Counted from the stretch's first letter, positions 25,889-36,011 are shown. The stretch is DNA of 64,000 bases from an uncultured Mollicutes bacterium (GCA_900539595.1 UQCQ01000008.1:7993-71992), one strand, 5' to 3'. A program made the numbers and translations. The notes: a model not told the origin generated them from the letters alone.

Positions 25889-28405
25889 TTATAAGGCGCT
25901 TGTCGCATTTTGTTTTAAGGTATCTAGATTTGGGTATTTGCCAAATCGAGATCCCGAAGAATCAAAGAAACCAAACTGGAAGGGAGCAAATCCCGTAACC
26001 ATCGTTACAATCCGGTAGAGAAGATTCCAATAGACTTCTTGGCCTTGTGAAGGACGGTACAAGTAATAATGGACCAAATCGCAATTCTTGATTCCCGCGT
26101 AATGGTCGTTGAAATTCTTCCAACGGTAGGTTTCTACATTGCTTCCATTATATCCGCCTCCATAGAAAGCGATGGGGACAGAGATCGTGCCTTGCTCACT
26201 ATAGACGAGATTTTCGTCTTTGGCTAACTGGGTGAGGACTTCTTTTAACGGGAAGATTGCATCAATCGAGATATCCTTATTGAGCTTATGGATCTTATCT
26301 TTGATTTCATCGGGAAGGATCGAAATTAACCCCGTGAAATCCTGTTGGAGGATGCCGTCTAACACGAAGTCGCTTGGCTTCTTATCATCAAAGAAATCCG
26401 TCTTGCCGATTAAATTTAATTTAGAAGGAGCCATGTTGAAGGCCATGTTTTTAGGAACAAAGGGAACAAGGCTATGTCCGGCCCCGTCGATCGGAGTATT
26501 CAAGGCTTGGATTAAGGTTCCCATTAAAGACGGGGAGAGGTTATATAAGAAAGGGCCATTGAAGGAATTTTCTAAGCCAATCGGCGAGACCCCACTTCGA
26601 TAGAAAAGGGTATCTTCGACTTCTAGACTCGTCGCATAATCATGTAAGCCGGTTTTTGGATGCGAGGCAGATTGCAAAGAGTTGATCGCTCCTTCGGCCG
26701 CGCGGGATTCTGTGGCATCTCCCCCTAAACTCCCTAGATAGCTCGTTAAGACGTCTTGCCCAGGGCCGTTCAGGTAATCGTCATACGCCGCGGATTTTTT
26801 GGAGCCGTCTAGCTGCAAGAACGAAGAGGTGGCATCGGGATCAACGGGAGTCGCCTCATCGCTTCCTAGGGTAAGGCAGAAATTTAAAGCGTCGCTTAAA
26901 AGACAATTCACGATTTTAGAATTCTTCGAAGAGAAGGCGCGGACCACGTTTTTGCCGTTATGGAGTTTGGAATTTCGGATTTCGATGTGGTCGCCATGTA
27001 AATTCATGACGGTTCCTGCGTATTGGAGGAAAGAATAGGAATCTCCATAATCCGCGTTTTTCACGTCGAGGTCGTTCACTAGGATATCGTTTCCATCTAA
27101 ATAGATCCCCGCGTTATCTTCCCCATATAATCCAATTAACGGGAAACGCTTGGGGTCGCCCATGCAGTAAGTAAATAAAGGGCCGCGGAATAAATTGGAG
27201 GTCGTTAAAGAAGGGACGGTCGCGGTTTTCCCGTCACTAGTTACCATCGTGGTCTTGCCATAAGGATAAGCAAGATTATGGAAATTCAGGGTATACCCGT
27301 TCCCATAGAAATCCTTTTGGATACGAAGTCCCGCGTAAAGCGACTTCGAAAGGATCGAATCGCGATATAAGGACGAAGAGGAGGCAAACTCGTTCCAAGC
27401 ATCGATATAAGCCGTGTTGCCCGTCGTCTCATGAGAATAGACTTCGTTTTTGAAGTTCCATTTGGCCGAGCCGTCTTTTTCTTTGCCTAAATAGGTGCCA
27501 AATAAGGCGACGTTATTTTTCTTGGCAACCGGAACTCCATTTTCGAGCTTCATGTTCCCCTTTTCGTCTTTTAAGGCAAAATTATCGAGGGATTCGAAGG
27601 ATTTACGGAGGCAGATGATTTCGCCCTGTTCCGACTGGTTCGAACAGCTTAATAAGGTGGAATAGTCATAGACGTTGATGCCATTTTGAACCACGACAAA
27701 GCTAGTCTTACGGATCTTGCCATGATATTCCAAGGTGAAGAAAGCTTCTTCCAAGGGCTTTTGGATATCTTGAATCTCTACGGTGCCTTTATGGAGGTCC
27801 ACCGAAAGATTGGAACTTGCTTCTTCTAGGCGTAATGCGTTCGTCGTATCCGCGGGGAAGGGGGTAAAGCTATATTCAATCACTGCTTTCTTTTTGTTAG
27901 AACCCGTTCCATCGTATTCCCCATAATAGAGTTTCGAATCAATATTCGCGTTACTAGCTTCTACTTTGGGAGTAACGGTTAATCCATAGGAAGAATAAAA
28001 CACCGCGGTCGTCGTCTTTTTGATCGTTCCCTTCCGGTTCGAGACGCTTAAATAGACGTCTCCTTCTTTAAGAGGCGTTAGATAATAATCGAAATTCCCC
28101 TGGCTATTGATGCGGTCGGAGACCGTTAAGGTGCAATAAACCTCTTCATCGCTCGGATCGACGTTTTCAATCTGCCAAACTAAATCATTCCCATAAGCCA
28201 ACATGCAGGTCTTGTCGTAAATTTGCTCGGCTTCCAGCTTAATGGGCTGGGCCTGGATTTTAAATCCCACCTGGGAAGGATAGTCCCACTCAATATCAAT
28301 CAAATCCTTTTCGATGCGATTAAACCCTCCCGTCGCGGTGCTGACTCCTAAAAAAGCCACGACAAACGGGAAGAGAAGGAGGAAGACTAGATTGCCCTTT
28401 TTCAT
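25889..28405 (-). CDS. Large secreted protein, possibly beta-helix fold
   Basis: 838-aa ORF with N-terminal signal MKKGNLVFLLLFPFVVAFLGVSTATGGF. Repetitive N/G/S-rich segments such as NSKLHNGKNVVRAFSSKNSKIVNCLLSDALNF suggest parallel beta-helix repeats, which is a weak inference. Confidence 0.6.
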   Translation of the reverse strand: MKKGNLVFLLLFPFVVAFLGVSTATGGFNRIEKDLIDIEWDYPSQVGFKIQAQPIKLEAEQIYDKTCMLAYGNDLVWQIENVDPSDEEVYCTLTVSDRINSQGNFDYYLTPLKEGDVYLSVSNRKGTIKKTTTAVFYSSYGLTVTPKVEASNANIDSKLYYGEYDGTGSNKKKAVIEYSFTPFPADTTNALRLEEASSNLSVDLHKGTVEIQDIQKPLEEAFFTLEYHGKIRKTSFVVVQNGINVYDYSTLLSCSNQSEQGEIICLRKSFESLDNFALKDEKGNMKLENGVPVAKKNNVALFGTYLGKEKDGSAKWNFKNEVYSHETTGNTAYIDAWNEFASSSSLYRDSILSKSLYAGLRIQKDFYGNGYTLNFHNLAYPYGKTTMVTSDGKTATVPSLTTSNLFRGPLFTYCMGDPKRFPLIGLYGEDNAGIYLDGNDILVNDLDVKNADYGDSYSFLQYAGTVMNLHGDHIEIRNSKLHNGKNVVRAFSSKNSKIVNCLLSDALNFCLTLGSDEATPVDPDATSSFLQLDGSKKSAAYDDYLNGPGQDVLTSYLGSLGGDATESRAAEGAINSLQSASHPKTGLHDYATSLEVEDTLFYRSGVSPIGLENSFNGPFLYNLSPSLMGTLIQALNTPIDGAGHSLVPFVPKNMAFNMAPSKLNLIGKTDFFDDKKPSDFVLDGILQQDFTGLISILPDEIKDKIHKLNKDISIDAIFPLKEVLTQLAKDENLVYSEQGTISVPIAFYGGGYNGSNVETYRWKNFNDHYAGIKNCDLVHYYLYRPSQGQEVYWNLLYRIVTMVTGFAPFQFGFFDSSGSRFGKYPNLDTLKQNATSAL

Positions 28406-28406
28406 C

Positions 28407-29999
28407 TTAGTTTCCTACCTCCATATCCTCCCAGAGGTTCTTCTTTTGCTTCATAAAATAAAGGACTCCGGGAAAAGAGATTACTAGCAACACGGCAAAG
28501 GCGATTAAATAGATGATTCCTACCGGCAAACGCAAAAACGAGAACAAAGCGGCAATCCCTAAGAATAGGAAAGGGGCCCCATAAGAATATAAAGAAGATA
28601 ATAAGGTAAGGTTCGCTCCCGACCTCGTTTTCTTCATTTCTTCCATTAAGCGAAGCAAGGACAAGGAGAATAAAGCAACTTCCCCAAATAGATAGGCAAG
28701 CCAGGTGGCAGCCGCCCCCAGAACCCCAGTAGAAGAGACCACAATCGAGGTGATGAGGAAGGAAACCGAAGAAGCAAGGAAAGTCGGAGCGAATTTCAAA
28801 ACGAGCTGTTTCATGGGGGAGAAAGGAATCGTTTTTAATATCTTCATCGCTTCCCCTTCTCTCCCAAAATAATCCATGCCCCCACTAGAGACGCAAAGAA
28901 ATAACATCAAAAGGGCAAAGAAATTGATGTAAGTGGCTAGATTGGGGAACGAAACAAAATAATAAGCGACGGTCCCGCTAGAAAAGACGGTATTTAAGGC
29001 ATAGAGGATCGAATAGGCTAGGTACGGGCTTAATAGCAAGAATCCTGCAAAAGAGAATAAACTAGTCGAATCGCGGAAAAGCAAAATGAATTCTTTTTTA
29101 AAATAGGCTTTCTCGGGGCTTAGGGGTTTAAAACGGGTTTTAGGAACTTTTACATGGGCTTTGGCCCCCCCGCCGATATTACGGCTATAGAAAGGAACCG
29201 ATAGCAATAAGCCAAGAATAAAGGCAAAAAGGCTAAAGGCGGCCCATAATAGTAACCCGCTACTAGAACCCGCGAAGAAAAGCTGAACCAAATAATTCGC
29301 GACGATCCAGTATTTACGGTTCGCCACCATCTTGGATAAATTCGCATCGGTCAAGAAGGCGTTGATGCCACTCCCTGAAACCAAAGAAACGAAGACGTCG
29401 AGAAGCTTGGCATAGGCAAAAGCCCCAAGTCCCAAAAGAATAGCAATCACGATAAATTCTAGATAAGGACGGGAAGATAATAATTGCTTCAAATAATGGA
29501 AAGGATAAACCAAGGCTAAGGCTAGGCCCACTTCAAAGAAGAAGGTCGTCAAGGGATAAAAAATCCCCAAGAAATAGAAGAAAACGAGCTTATGGAAGAC
29601 AAGCCCATAAGATAAAAGAACAGGATAAACAAATAAGAAATCGAGTAAATAATGGGAACCAAGCAAGAGAATCAATTTGGAGAATATCTTTTTTGCTGGG
29701 GAAATCGGAAGGATATCCATGTCGCGACGGTCCGATTCATCAAAAAGGAGTTTCTCGGCTTGAAGTAACGAGAATAGAATCGAGAACAAAGAAACGATGA
29801 ATAGAAATAAGGTCGTAAAGCTTAACGAAGCCCCTGGGAAGGAAGATAATTTTGTAAGGATTTCGCGGTACAAATAGCTTTCGACAAAAACTAAAACCCC
29901 AAGGCCAAGCACCAAAAAGAGGACGCGAAGGAAAAGGGAGACTCCTTTTTCTTTGCCTCCTAAAAGCAATTTGATGTCTTTGGCGATGAGATTCAGCAT
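28407..29999 (-). CDS. Polytopic membrane protein, putative ABC-exporter permease partner
   Basis: 530-aa ORF that is almost entirely hydrophobic segments (about 12 or more). Its ATG overlaps the stop of the ABC ATPase gene (TAATG at 29997-30001). Confidence 0.65.
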   Translation of the reverse strand: MLNLIAKDIKLLLGGKEKGVSLFLRVLFLVLGLGVLVFVESYLYREILTKLSSFPGASLSFTTLFLFIVSLFSILFSLLQAEKLLFDESDRRDMDILPISPAKKIFSKLILLLGSHYLLDFLFVYPVLLSYGLVFHKLVFFYFLGIFYPLTTFFFEVGLALALVYPFHYLKQLLSSRPYLEFIVIAILLGLGAFAYAKLLDVFVSLVSGSGINAFLTDANLSKMVANRKYWIVANYLVQLFFAGSSSGLLLWAAFSLFAFILGLLLSVPFYSRNIGGGAKAHVKVPKTRFKPLSPEKAYFKKEFILLFRDSTSLFSFAGFLLLSPYLAYSILYALNTVFSSGTVAYYFVSFPNLATYINFFALLMLFLCVSSGGMDYFGREGEAMKILKTIPFSPMKQLVLKFAPTFLASSVSFLITSIVVSSTGVLGAAATWLAYLFGEVALFSLSLLRLMEEMKKTRSGANLTLLSSLYSYGAPFLFLGIAALFSFLRLPVGIIYLIAFAVLLVISFPGVLYFMKQKKNLWEDMEVGN

Positions 30000-30769
30000 T
30001 ATTTTTCTTTTCCCTCGCTTTCATAGACTTCAAAGAAGGTGCGTTTTAAGCTAAGTCTTGCATTCGGGTTCTTCTTTAAATCGAGCAGTAAAGCAATTTT
30101 GCCATGGTTTAAAATGGCGACGCGGTCGCAGAGTTCACGGACTAAATCGATATTATGGCTGGTTAATAGAACCGTTTGGCCATTATCCGCGTATTCGCGC
30201 ATCATCTTCGTTAATTCTTCTACGGCCATGACGTCAAGGCCGACGGTTGGTTCATCCAAAATCCAAATTTCCGGGCGATGGAGAAGAGAAGCAATTAAGC
30301 AAAGCTTCTGCTTCATGCCGTGGCTATATCCCGAGGTCGGACGGCTCAAGGCTTCTTCGCTTAAATCCAAGCGCTTGGCGAGGTATTTCGCGTTATTAGC
30401 AAAATCGACCTGGGAGACGGAATAAACGGAAGCGATGAAATCTAAATATTCGTATCCCGTCATCGATTCGTAGCAATTGGGTTCACTAGCTACATACCCA
30501 AAATGGGCTTTGGCTTCTAAAGGATGAAGCAAAATATCGTCCCCTAGGATTTTAATTTCGCCGCTTTGGAATTTCTTGCAGCCGATCACGCAATCAATGG
30601 TCGTGGATTTGCCAACGCCGTTTTTCCCTAAAAACCCAAAAACTTCTCCTTTTTTGACTTGGAGATTGAGCCCCTGAATCACTTCTTTTTTGCCGTAGCT
30701 TTTATGAAGTTCATTAATTTCGAGGGCACATTCAGAGGAGGGGAGTTTTTCTAAATGATTGAAATCCAT
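29999..30769 (-). CDS. ABC transporter ATP-binding protein
   Basis: Walker A GKNGVGKST, signature-like YSHGMKQKL and Walker B ILDEPTVGLD. The likely start is ATG 30769 (MDFNHLEK), preceded by AGGAGG and overlapping the upstream stop as TAATG. The ORF track extends to 30802. Confidence 0.9.
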   Translation of the reverse strand: MDFNHLEKLPSSECALEINELHKSYGKKEVIQGLNLQVKKGEVFGFLGKNGVGKSTTIDCVIGCKKFQSGEIKILGDDILLHPLEAKAHFGYVASEPNCYESMTGYEYLDFIASVYSVSQVDFANNAKYLAKRLDLSEEALSRPTSGYSHGMKQKLCLIASLLHRPEIWILDEPTVGLDVMAVEELTKMMREYADNGQTVLLTSHNIDLVRELCDRVAILNHGKIALLLDLKKNPNARLSLKRTFFEVYESEGKEK

Positions 30770-32100
30770 TATTCTTCTTCCTCCTTTTGGCTGATTACCC
30801 ATAAGCGGGTTTGCTTTTTCTTCGTTTGAATAAAGGCGTATTTGCTATGGCAATGGGGACATTCTTTGACATACCCCTCTTCTAGCATCCCCTTTTCTCC
30901 GCATACCGGGCAATAAAGGGAATACAAGGGGATCGAAGCTTCCTTTAATTCTCCTTTGCCTTGGAAAAGACGCTTTAATAACGCTTCTTCTCCATCTTCT
31001 TGGTGAAGAGGAAAATATTTTTTTCTTCCTAGTATCGCCGTATCCCAAATGGAGAGGACATCGATTTCATCGTAAGCAGAAGTTTCTCCCGCGTATTTTC
31101 CTAGGCTAAATCCTTCTAGAGAATCGCTAGCGGTAAATAACAGCAAATATTTGGCCGTCGGATGATCTTCTTTCCCCAGGGGAGTGAGTTCAAAACGCAA
31201 CGCATCGAAATCAACGCGATTGATGACCAATAAGAAATCCGCGGAAATCAAGCGGATGTCTTTGGAATGGGTTAAGAAATCGTTTTTCGAATCCATAGAG
31301 ACGCGGTTGGATTTCGGGCTTAATGCATAACCCGCGTTTAAAAGTAACTTTAAGATATAGCAATAGAAATAGGTGCCCAAATCTTCCGTGGCGCTATGAT
31401 TACGGCCATATTGGCTGATTTCAAGGTAAAAACGGTACACCCGGTGATAGAGGCGGTCCGATTTTAAAATGTTCGTTGGATAAATCCGGGGAAGATTGCA
31501 ATTGGCTTTGGAAACGATTCGGTAGAAATCGCTTTTTTGAATCCTCTCGATTTTACTAAATAAACGGGGAAAGGCGCATAAGGCTTCGTAAGTGCGATCG
31601 CTATCTAAGCTTAATCGAGTCGAATTCACCAAATGGATGCGATTCTCGTAGAAGGCTTTCCGGTGACGTAATTCTTTCTCAATCCGGCGTAAGGCCATCA
31701 CAATGAAAAGGTTCTCGTAGATTAAAATATCGTCTTCGTTTTCTTTGTGATGGACGTATTCCGGTTCCATTCTCCCTGCTTTGTTTTTCCATAAAGCCGG
31801 GTCGCGGAGAGTTTTGGCAAAGGAATCGTTGCTTAAGGAACCCGCCTGATCGGCGCGGAGAATCGTCTCCACGTTTTTGGAGACTACATGGGGCTTATGG
31901 CAGATCGTTTCGATGATTGACAAAATATGAGAGGCTTCCTCGAAGAAGGCAAAGTCTCCCTCGATGAAAGCCCCTTGCAACGATAGAAAGGGGGAAGAAG
32001 AAAGCGAGTCAAAGAACCCGCGGATCGTCGGGCTTGAGCTCTTCAACGAAGCAATATGTGCACTAGCTTCTTGAAGCCGCCTTTCTTCTTCCTTTCTCAT
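30769..32100 (-). CDS. Unknown partner protein with C-terminal double-CxxC zinc ribbon, in the position of a McrC-like partner
   Basis: 443-aa ORF whose C-terminus is YCPVCGEKGMLEEGYVKECPHCHSKY. I could not recognise a clear PD-(D/E)XK motif by eye. It sits immediately downstream of the McrB-like ATPase. Confidence 0.5.
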   Translation of the reverse strand: MRKEEERRLQEASAHIASLKSSSPTIRGFFDSLSSSPFLSLQGAFIEGDFAFFEEASHILSIIETICHKPHVVSKNVETILRADQAGSLSNDSFAKTLRDPALWKNKAGRMEPEYVHHKENEDDILIYENLFIVMALRRIEKELRHRKAFYENRIHLVNSTRLSLDSDRTYEALCAFPRLFSKIERIQKSDFYRIVSKANCNLPRIYPTNILKSDRLYHRVYRFYLEISQYGRNHSATEDLGTYFYCYILKLLLNAGYALSPKSNRVSMDSKNDFLTHSKDIRLISADFLLVINRVDFDALRFELTPLGKEDHPTAKYLLLFTASDSLEGFSLGKYAGETSAYDEIDVLSIWDTAILGRKKYFPLHQEDGEEALLKRLFQGKGELKEASIPLYSLYCPVCGEKGMLEEGYVKECPHCHSKYAFIQTKKKQTRLWVISQKEEEE

Positions 32101-32117
32101 GATAACCCCTTTCTGGA

Positions 32118-34052
32118 CTAAAAGCGACGTAACATTCGTTTAATAGCGTCGCGCGATTGATTGAATTTGTTATCCCCGTATAAGGATGAGATCAAATCGA
32201 GGATATGTTCTAAGCCCGGTTTGACATTATCTTCATAACGCCCTTCGAGTTTGGAGAGGATTTTGCGGGTCAAGAAGAAATCGAGAACCGTTTCTTTCTT
32301 GCCGCCGCAGGCGATAAATACCGGGACCATCTTCTCCATCTGCATGAGGATACGGTTACCAAAGGCGACCCCGAATTCATCATAGACGTAATCGGTGATT
32401 TGCTCGAATTTGGTTTCGTCGGCTTCCGTTAAGGCATAATCCTTATTCGCTTCCGCTTCCTCAAATAAGGCGTGGAGCTTGGAGGCGCTTAAAACGATGG
32501 GTTCGACGTCTTCTTTGGGGGCGAAAGCCGCGTTACGGTTATGGAAGGATAAGGTGATCGCACGGTCATAGACCTTATCGGCAATCGAGAAGGTGGAATC
32601 GTCTTGGTTCGCCGTTCCAATAAAATAGGCAGAACCTGGAATACCCACTTTTCCGTCTTCGAGTTTAGCAGGTCCAACAAACCCGCTGGGGAAATGCATG
32701 ACGCGGATCTTCCATTCGTCTTCGGGATATTCCAAGACAGAGAGGAAATCGGCAAAATAATATTCGACGCGGGAGATATTCATTTCATCCAAAACGAAGA
32801 GATAAATCCGGTCCGGGTTGTAATTGGCTTCATAAAGATTCATCAAGAAGTCCGTCTCGCGGTAAGTTTTGGAGAAATCGTTAAAATAACCAATCAAGGC
32901 CGTTTTATCTCTCCAAGTCGCTTGGACAGGAACGAAGACCGAGACGCCTCCTACGAATTTAGCAAAGCTACGGGGGAGGGAGGATTTCCCCGTTCCCGAT
33001 AAGCCTTCTAGAATTTCTAGATGGGAAGCGGCTAGACCTGCCACAAAGAAACGAAGGGTGTCGGTATCGTAATAGAGTTTTTCTTTTCCCGCTAAGAAAG
33101 AACGGAATTTGGTGATTAATTCGGGCAAAGCGATATCATCCCCATGGATCGATTCAATCGCATAGCCTTCATAATGCTTATCGATTTTGCATAAAGAGGG
33201 GAAGACGATTTCTCTTTCTGCAAGGGCTTCGGCAGCGGCGCCACTTCCGGCTCCCCCAGCTCCTCCGCCTTCAACATTTTCGGCAGAGATTTGGCTCGAG
33301 ACGCTTTGGAAGCCGTTATTTCCTTCTTCTCCCATCCCTTTGGCCACATCTTCATTTCGGTCTTCTTCTTCTAAAGAATCGCCCACTTTAGCAAACGGCT
33401 TACCAAGATGAACGAAGTTGACTAAGCAAAGAAGAACGGCAGAAATCAAAACGGCGAAGAAAAGATAAAGCAATAAGCTGATTAAGAGGGATTCGCCAAG
33501 GAACGTCATGGCGTTGCCTAGATTCTCTTTGCTGTGGGGGACTTGGAGGAGTAAACCAAATCCAACGGAAAGAGCAAGGCAGACTAGTAAAGTCCCTACA
33601 TACCAAAGCCAATTCTTCTTCGCGTACCACTTCTTGCCGTCGAGAATCGCGTGACGGTATTCAAAGATAAAGGCAAAGACGAAAAGGCTGATAAAAATGG
33701 CGACGAGAACATTTAACGTCTGTCCGCCCATATGGGCGTTAATCGCGGGTAATCCTAGGCTTTGACGGAGCAAGGCAATCGGGTTTTTCGAGGAAACAAT
33801 GCTCGATTCCCCTTCTCCGTGCACGGTGATGCAGATCCCGACGAAAATCATTAAGAAGGTGAAGAACATCGATAACCCGATGGAAATTAGATTTCCGCGG
33901 GTAAGATATTCCCTTCGAATTCCTTTCGTTGGCTTTTCTTTACTCTCGGGGGCTTTGGGAGCTTCAGGCTCTGAAGTGGAATTCGCGGTTAACGAATCCA
34001 TCCCGAGGTTTTCATTTTCTTGAATGTCCATGGGGGTATTCCTTTCATTCAT
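32118..34052 (-). CDS. Membrane-anchored AAA+ protein with McrB-like (AAA_5) NTPase domain
   Basis: At least 4 N-terminal TM helices (LISIGLSMFFTFLMIFVGICITV, LNVLVAIFISLFVFAFIF, WLWYVGTLLVCLALSVGFGLLL, LLISLLLYLFFAVLISAVLLCLVNFV) and a G/A-rich linker. Walker A is GLSGTGKSS. The Walker B region LFVLDEMNISRVEYYFADFLSVLE and FIGTANQDD match the McrB/AAA_5 pattern. The start is uncertain (ATG 34052, 34031 or 34103); 34052 overlaps the sipW stop. Confidence 0.7.
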   Translation of the reverse strand: MNERNTPMDIQENENLGMDSLTANSTSEPEAPKAPESKEKPTKGIRREYLTRGNLISIGLSMFFTFLMIFVGICITVHGEGESSIVSSKNPIALLRQSLGLPAINAHMGGQTLNVLVAIFISLFVFAFIFEYRHAILDGKKWYAKKNWLWYVGTLLVCLALSVGFGLLLQVPHSKENLGNAMTFLGESLLISLLLYLFFAVLISAVLLCLVNFVHLGKPFAKVGDSLEEEDRNEDVAKGMGEEGNNGFQSVSSQISAENVEGGGAGGAGSGAAAEALAEREIVFPSLCKIDKHYEGYAIESIHGDDIALPELITKFRSFLAGKEKLYYDTDTLRFFVAGLAASHLEILEGLSGTGKSSLPRSFAKFVGGVSVFVPVQATWRDKTALIGYFNDFSKTYRETDFLMNLYEANYNPDRIYLFVLDEMNISRVEYYFADFLSVLEYPEDEWKIRVMHFPSGFVGPAKLEDGKVGIPGSAYFIGTANQDDSTFSIADKVYDRAITLSFHNRNAAFAPKEDVEPIVLSASKLHALFEEAEANKDYALTEADETKFEQITDYVYDEFGVAFGNRILMQMEKMVPVFIACGGKKETVLDFFLTRKILSKLEGRYEDNVKPGLEHILDLISSLYGDNKFNQSRDAIKRMLRRF

Positions 34053-35169
34053 AATCTTTCGTCGTATCTTGGATTTCTTCTTCGTTATTTTGTTCTTCTT
34101 CATAACTTGAAGTATCCATGAGTTCTTCTTCTTGAATCGGGGTTTCCCCCATCAAGAAGCTAGAGGAGGTTTCTTGGCCGTTAGAAGTGACGACCTTTTT
34201 GAGGTTATTGCCGCTTCCAGGGGCTACTTCTTTAGAGAGGAAGCCCGTTTCATTGAAGTGATAGGCGTAGCCTCCGTAATAGATCGTCTCGCGGAAAGCA
34301 GAGCTTAGATTCTTCGGGTCTTTTTTGACGGAGACCGAATCCACAATCTCCGATAATTTTTGGACCCGTTCTTCTTCCGCCTTGTCGATTTTTCCCGCGA
34401 GGTAATTAAACATCAAGATGCTATAGGCCACGGAGAGAATCGTGATGATGCCGTGGGGGGATTGGAAGAACATGACTAACATTCCAATTCCTTGGATCTT
34501 CTTCCCGTTATAGACGCCTTTGATGTCGTCTAGGGTGGCGTAATACTGTTCTTGGCCGGCGTTATCTGTGGCGTTATTGGCATCTCCCCGGGTCACGTAA
34601 CGGGTCACCCCATCCGATCCGGTTTTGATATCAATCACGCGGTGGATATAAATCGCATTCGCCGCGGGATTCCGGTTATAGAAGGCGACGACATCATAGA
34701 GGTGGATGTCGCTAGCGTCATGAACCTTCGTCACGAAGATCATGTCGTATTGGGCGAATTGATTGTCTAACGTATAGGTCTTTTGCTTCTCTTCGTCGAA
34801 TAAATAGCTATTCGCGTCGTTTTTAAAGCTCATGGAGCCGGAAGCAACGACTAACATCGATTCGTTCCCAAATCCCGTTAGATTCCCTTGGGCTTTATTG
34901 ATTAGAGCGAAGGCGAACGCGGGGGTAATTAAGGCTAAGAAACCATAGAACAATACGTTAGAGATGATGGTTCCGGCTTTCTTCCGTCGCTTGGCTTTGA
35001 CGTCCTGCTCGGTGATTTCCCGGTCAATGAGTTCGATGTCGCGTTTTCCTTCTTTCGTCTCCTTCACGTTGGCTTTGACGTATTTGCCAAATAGGATCGT
35101 GAAGACGGCGCAGAAGCTCACTACACCCAGCAAACTCATCACCAGGCTGATGATGTCCGCGGATTTCAT
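34045..35169 (-). CDS. sipW: Signal peptidase I, archaeal/ER (SipW) type, with long C-terminal extension
   Basis: 374-aa ORF with catalytic-type motifs VVASGSMSF (Ser), IYIHRVID (His) and TRGDANNATD (Asp). It has TM helices at the N-terminus and after the catalytic domain, plus an acidic ~130-aa tail. Confidence 0.75.
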   Translation of the reverse strand: MKSADIISLVMSLLGVVSFCAVFTILFGKYVKANVKETKEGKRDIELIDREITEQDVKAKRRKKAGTIISNVLFYGFLALITPAFAFALINKAQGNLTGFGNESMLVVASGSMSFKNDANSYLFDEEKQKTYTLDNQFAQYDMIFVTKVHDASDIHLYDVVAFYNRNPAANAIYIHRVIDIKTGSDGVTRYVTRGDANNATDNAGQEQYYATLDDIKGVYNGKKIQGIGMLVMFFQSPHGIITILSVAYSILMFNYLAGKIDKAEEERVQKLSEIVDSVSVKKDPKNLSSAFRETIYYGGYAYHFNETGFLSKEVAPGSGNNLKKVVTSNGQETSSSFLMGETPIQEEELMDTSSYEEEQNNEEEIQDTTKDYE

Positions 35170-35171
35170 GA

Positions 35172-35966
35172 TTAATTGATCTCCGCGGTGAGAATCGCCG
35201 TAAAACTTAATTCCGGCAGGTCTTTTTCATCAGTTGGATAAGGTCCCGTAAAGTCTTTCCCATAATGGAGGAGAGTTGTGAATTTCTTCATCTCTTCTCG
35301 CATTTTTTCATCGGGGATCGAAGCCCCTCCTTTAGGACCAGCGTCATCATAATAAATGGAGGGTTTCATATGATTGAATTTATCACCCCATCTAAACCCG
35401 AGGGTTACATCAAAGGATTTAGAATCATTGGCGGTGTCAAGCGCCCCAAGAGGAATCTCTACCGGCGTATTGATATAATCCGTCGAATTATTAATCGGCT
35501 CCAGTTCGATATAGCCAGCTTCTATCGCATCTAAAATCGGATTGCCCTTATATCCCGTATAGGCCGTCGCGGTTTGTAACTGCAACGTGACTCTTGAGAT
35601 ATAAGTCCAGGGCATGACGTTGCCCTGAATGCGGACGGTTAGATGTTCATAGAGGTGCTTCCCATCATCGAAATAACGGAAGCGACCCGTGTTATCATCT
35701 TTCGGCGCATCAAAACAAATGGTGTTATACAAATCGTCGTTGGTGGCCTTATAGAAATCGGTGAGTTGGCCTCCATCTGTCGATTCAAAACGGACTTTTG
35801 CGTCTTGGATGACACCGATATGGGCGTTGCCGCCACTAGAGGCCGAGGCGGAACTCGTAACGACGAAAGCCGCCGCTCCAACGGAGCAAAGCGAAACCAC
35901 GGCGAAAACGGAGACACCGAGTGTCACCATTTTCTTGGTCTGTTTCTCCATCTTGGAGCGGCGCAT
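35172..35966 (-). CDS. Secreted paralog family protein 4 (SipW-class-like signal)
   Basis: 264-aa ORF with ...VVSLCSVGAAAFVVTSSASAS. It shares the family motif LGFRWGDKFNHMKPSIYYD. Confidence 0.75.
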   Translation of the reverse strand: MRRSKMEKQTKKMVTLGVSVFAVVSLCSVGAAAFVVTSSASASSGGNAHIGVIQDAKVRFESTDGGQLTDFYKATNDDLYNTICFDAPKDDNTGRFRYFDDGKHLYEHLTVRIQGNVMPWTYISRVTLQLQTATAYTGYKGNPILDAIEAGYIELEPINNSTDYINTPVEIPLGALDTANDSKSFDVTLGFRWGDKFNHMKPSIYYDDAGPKGGASIPDEKMREEMKKFTTLLHYGKDFTGPYPTDEKDLPELSFTAILTAEIN

Positions 35967-36011
35967 CTAGTTCTAATTCCCCTTATATATATTTATATAG
36001 ATATAGAACAA

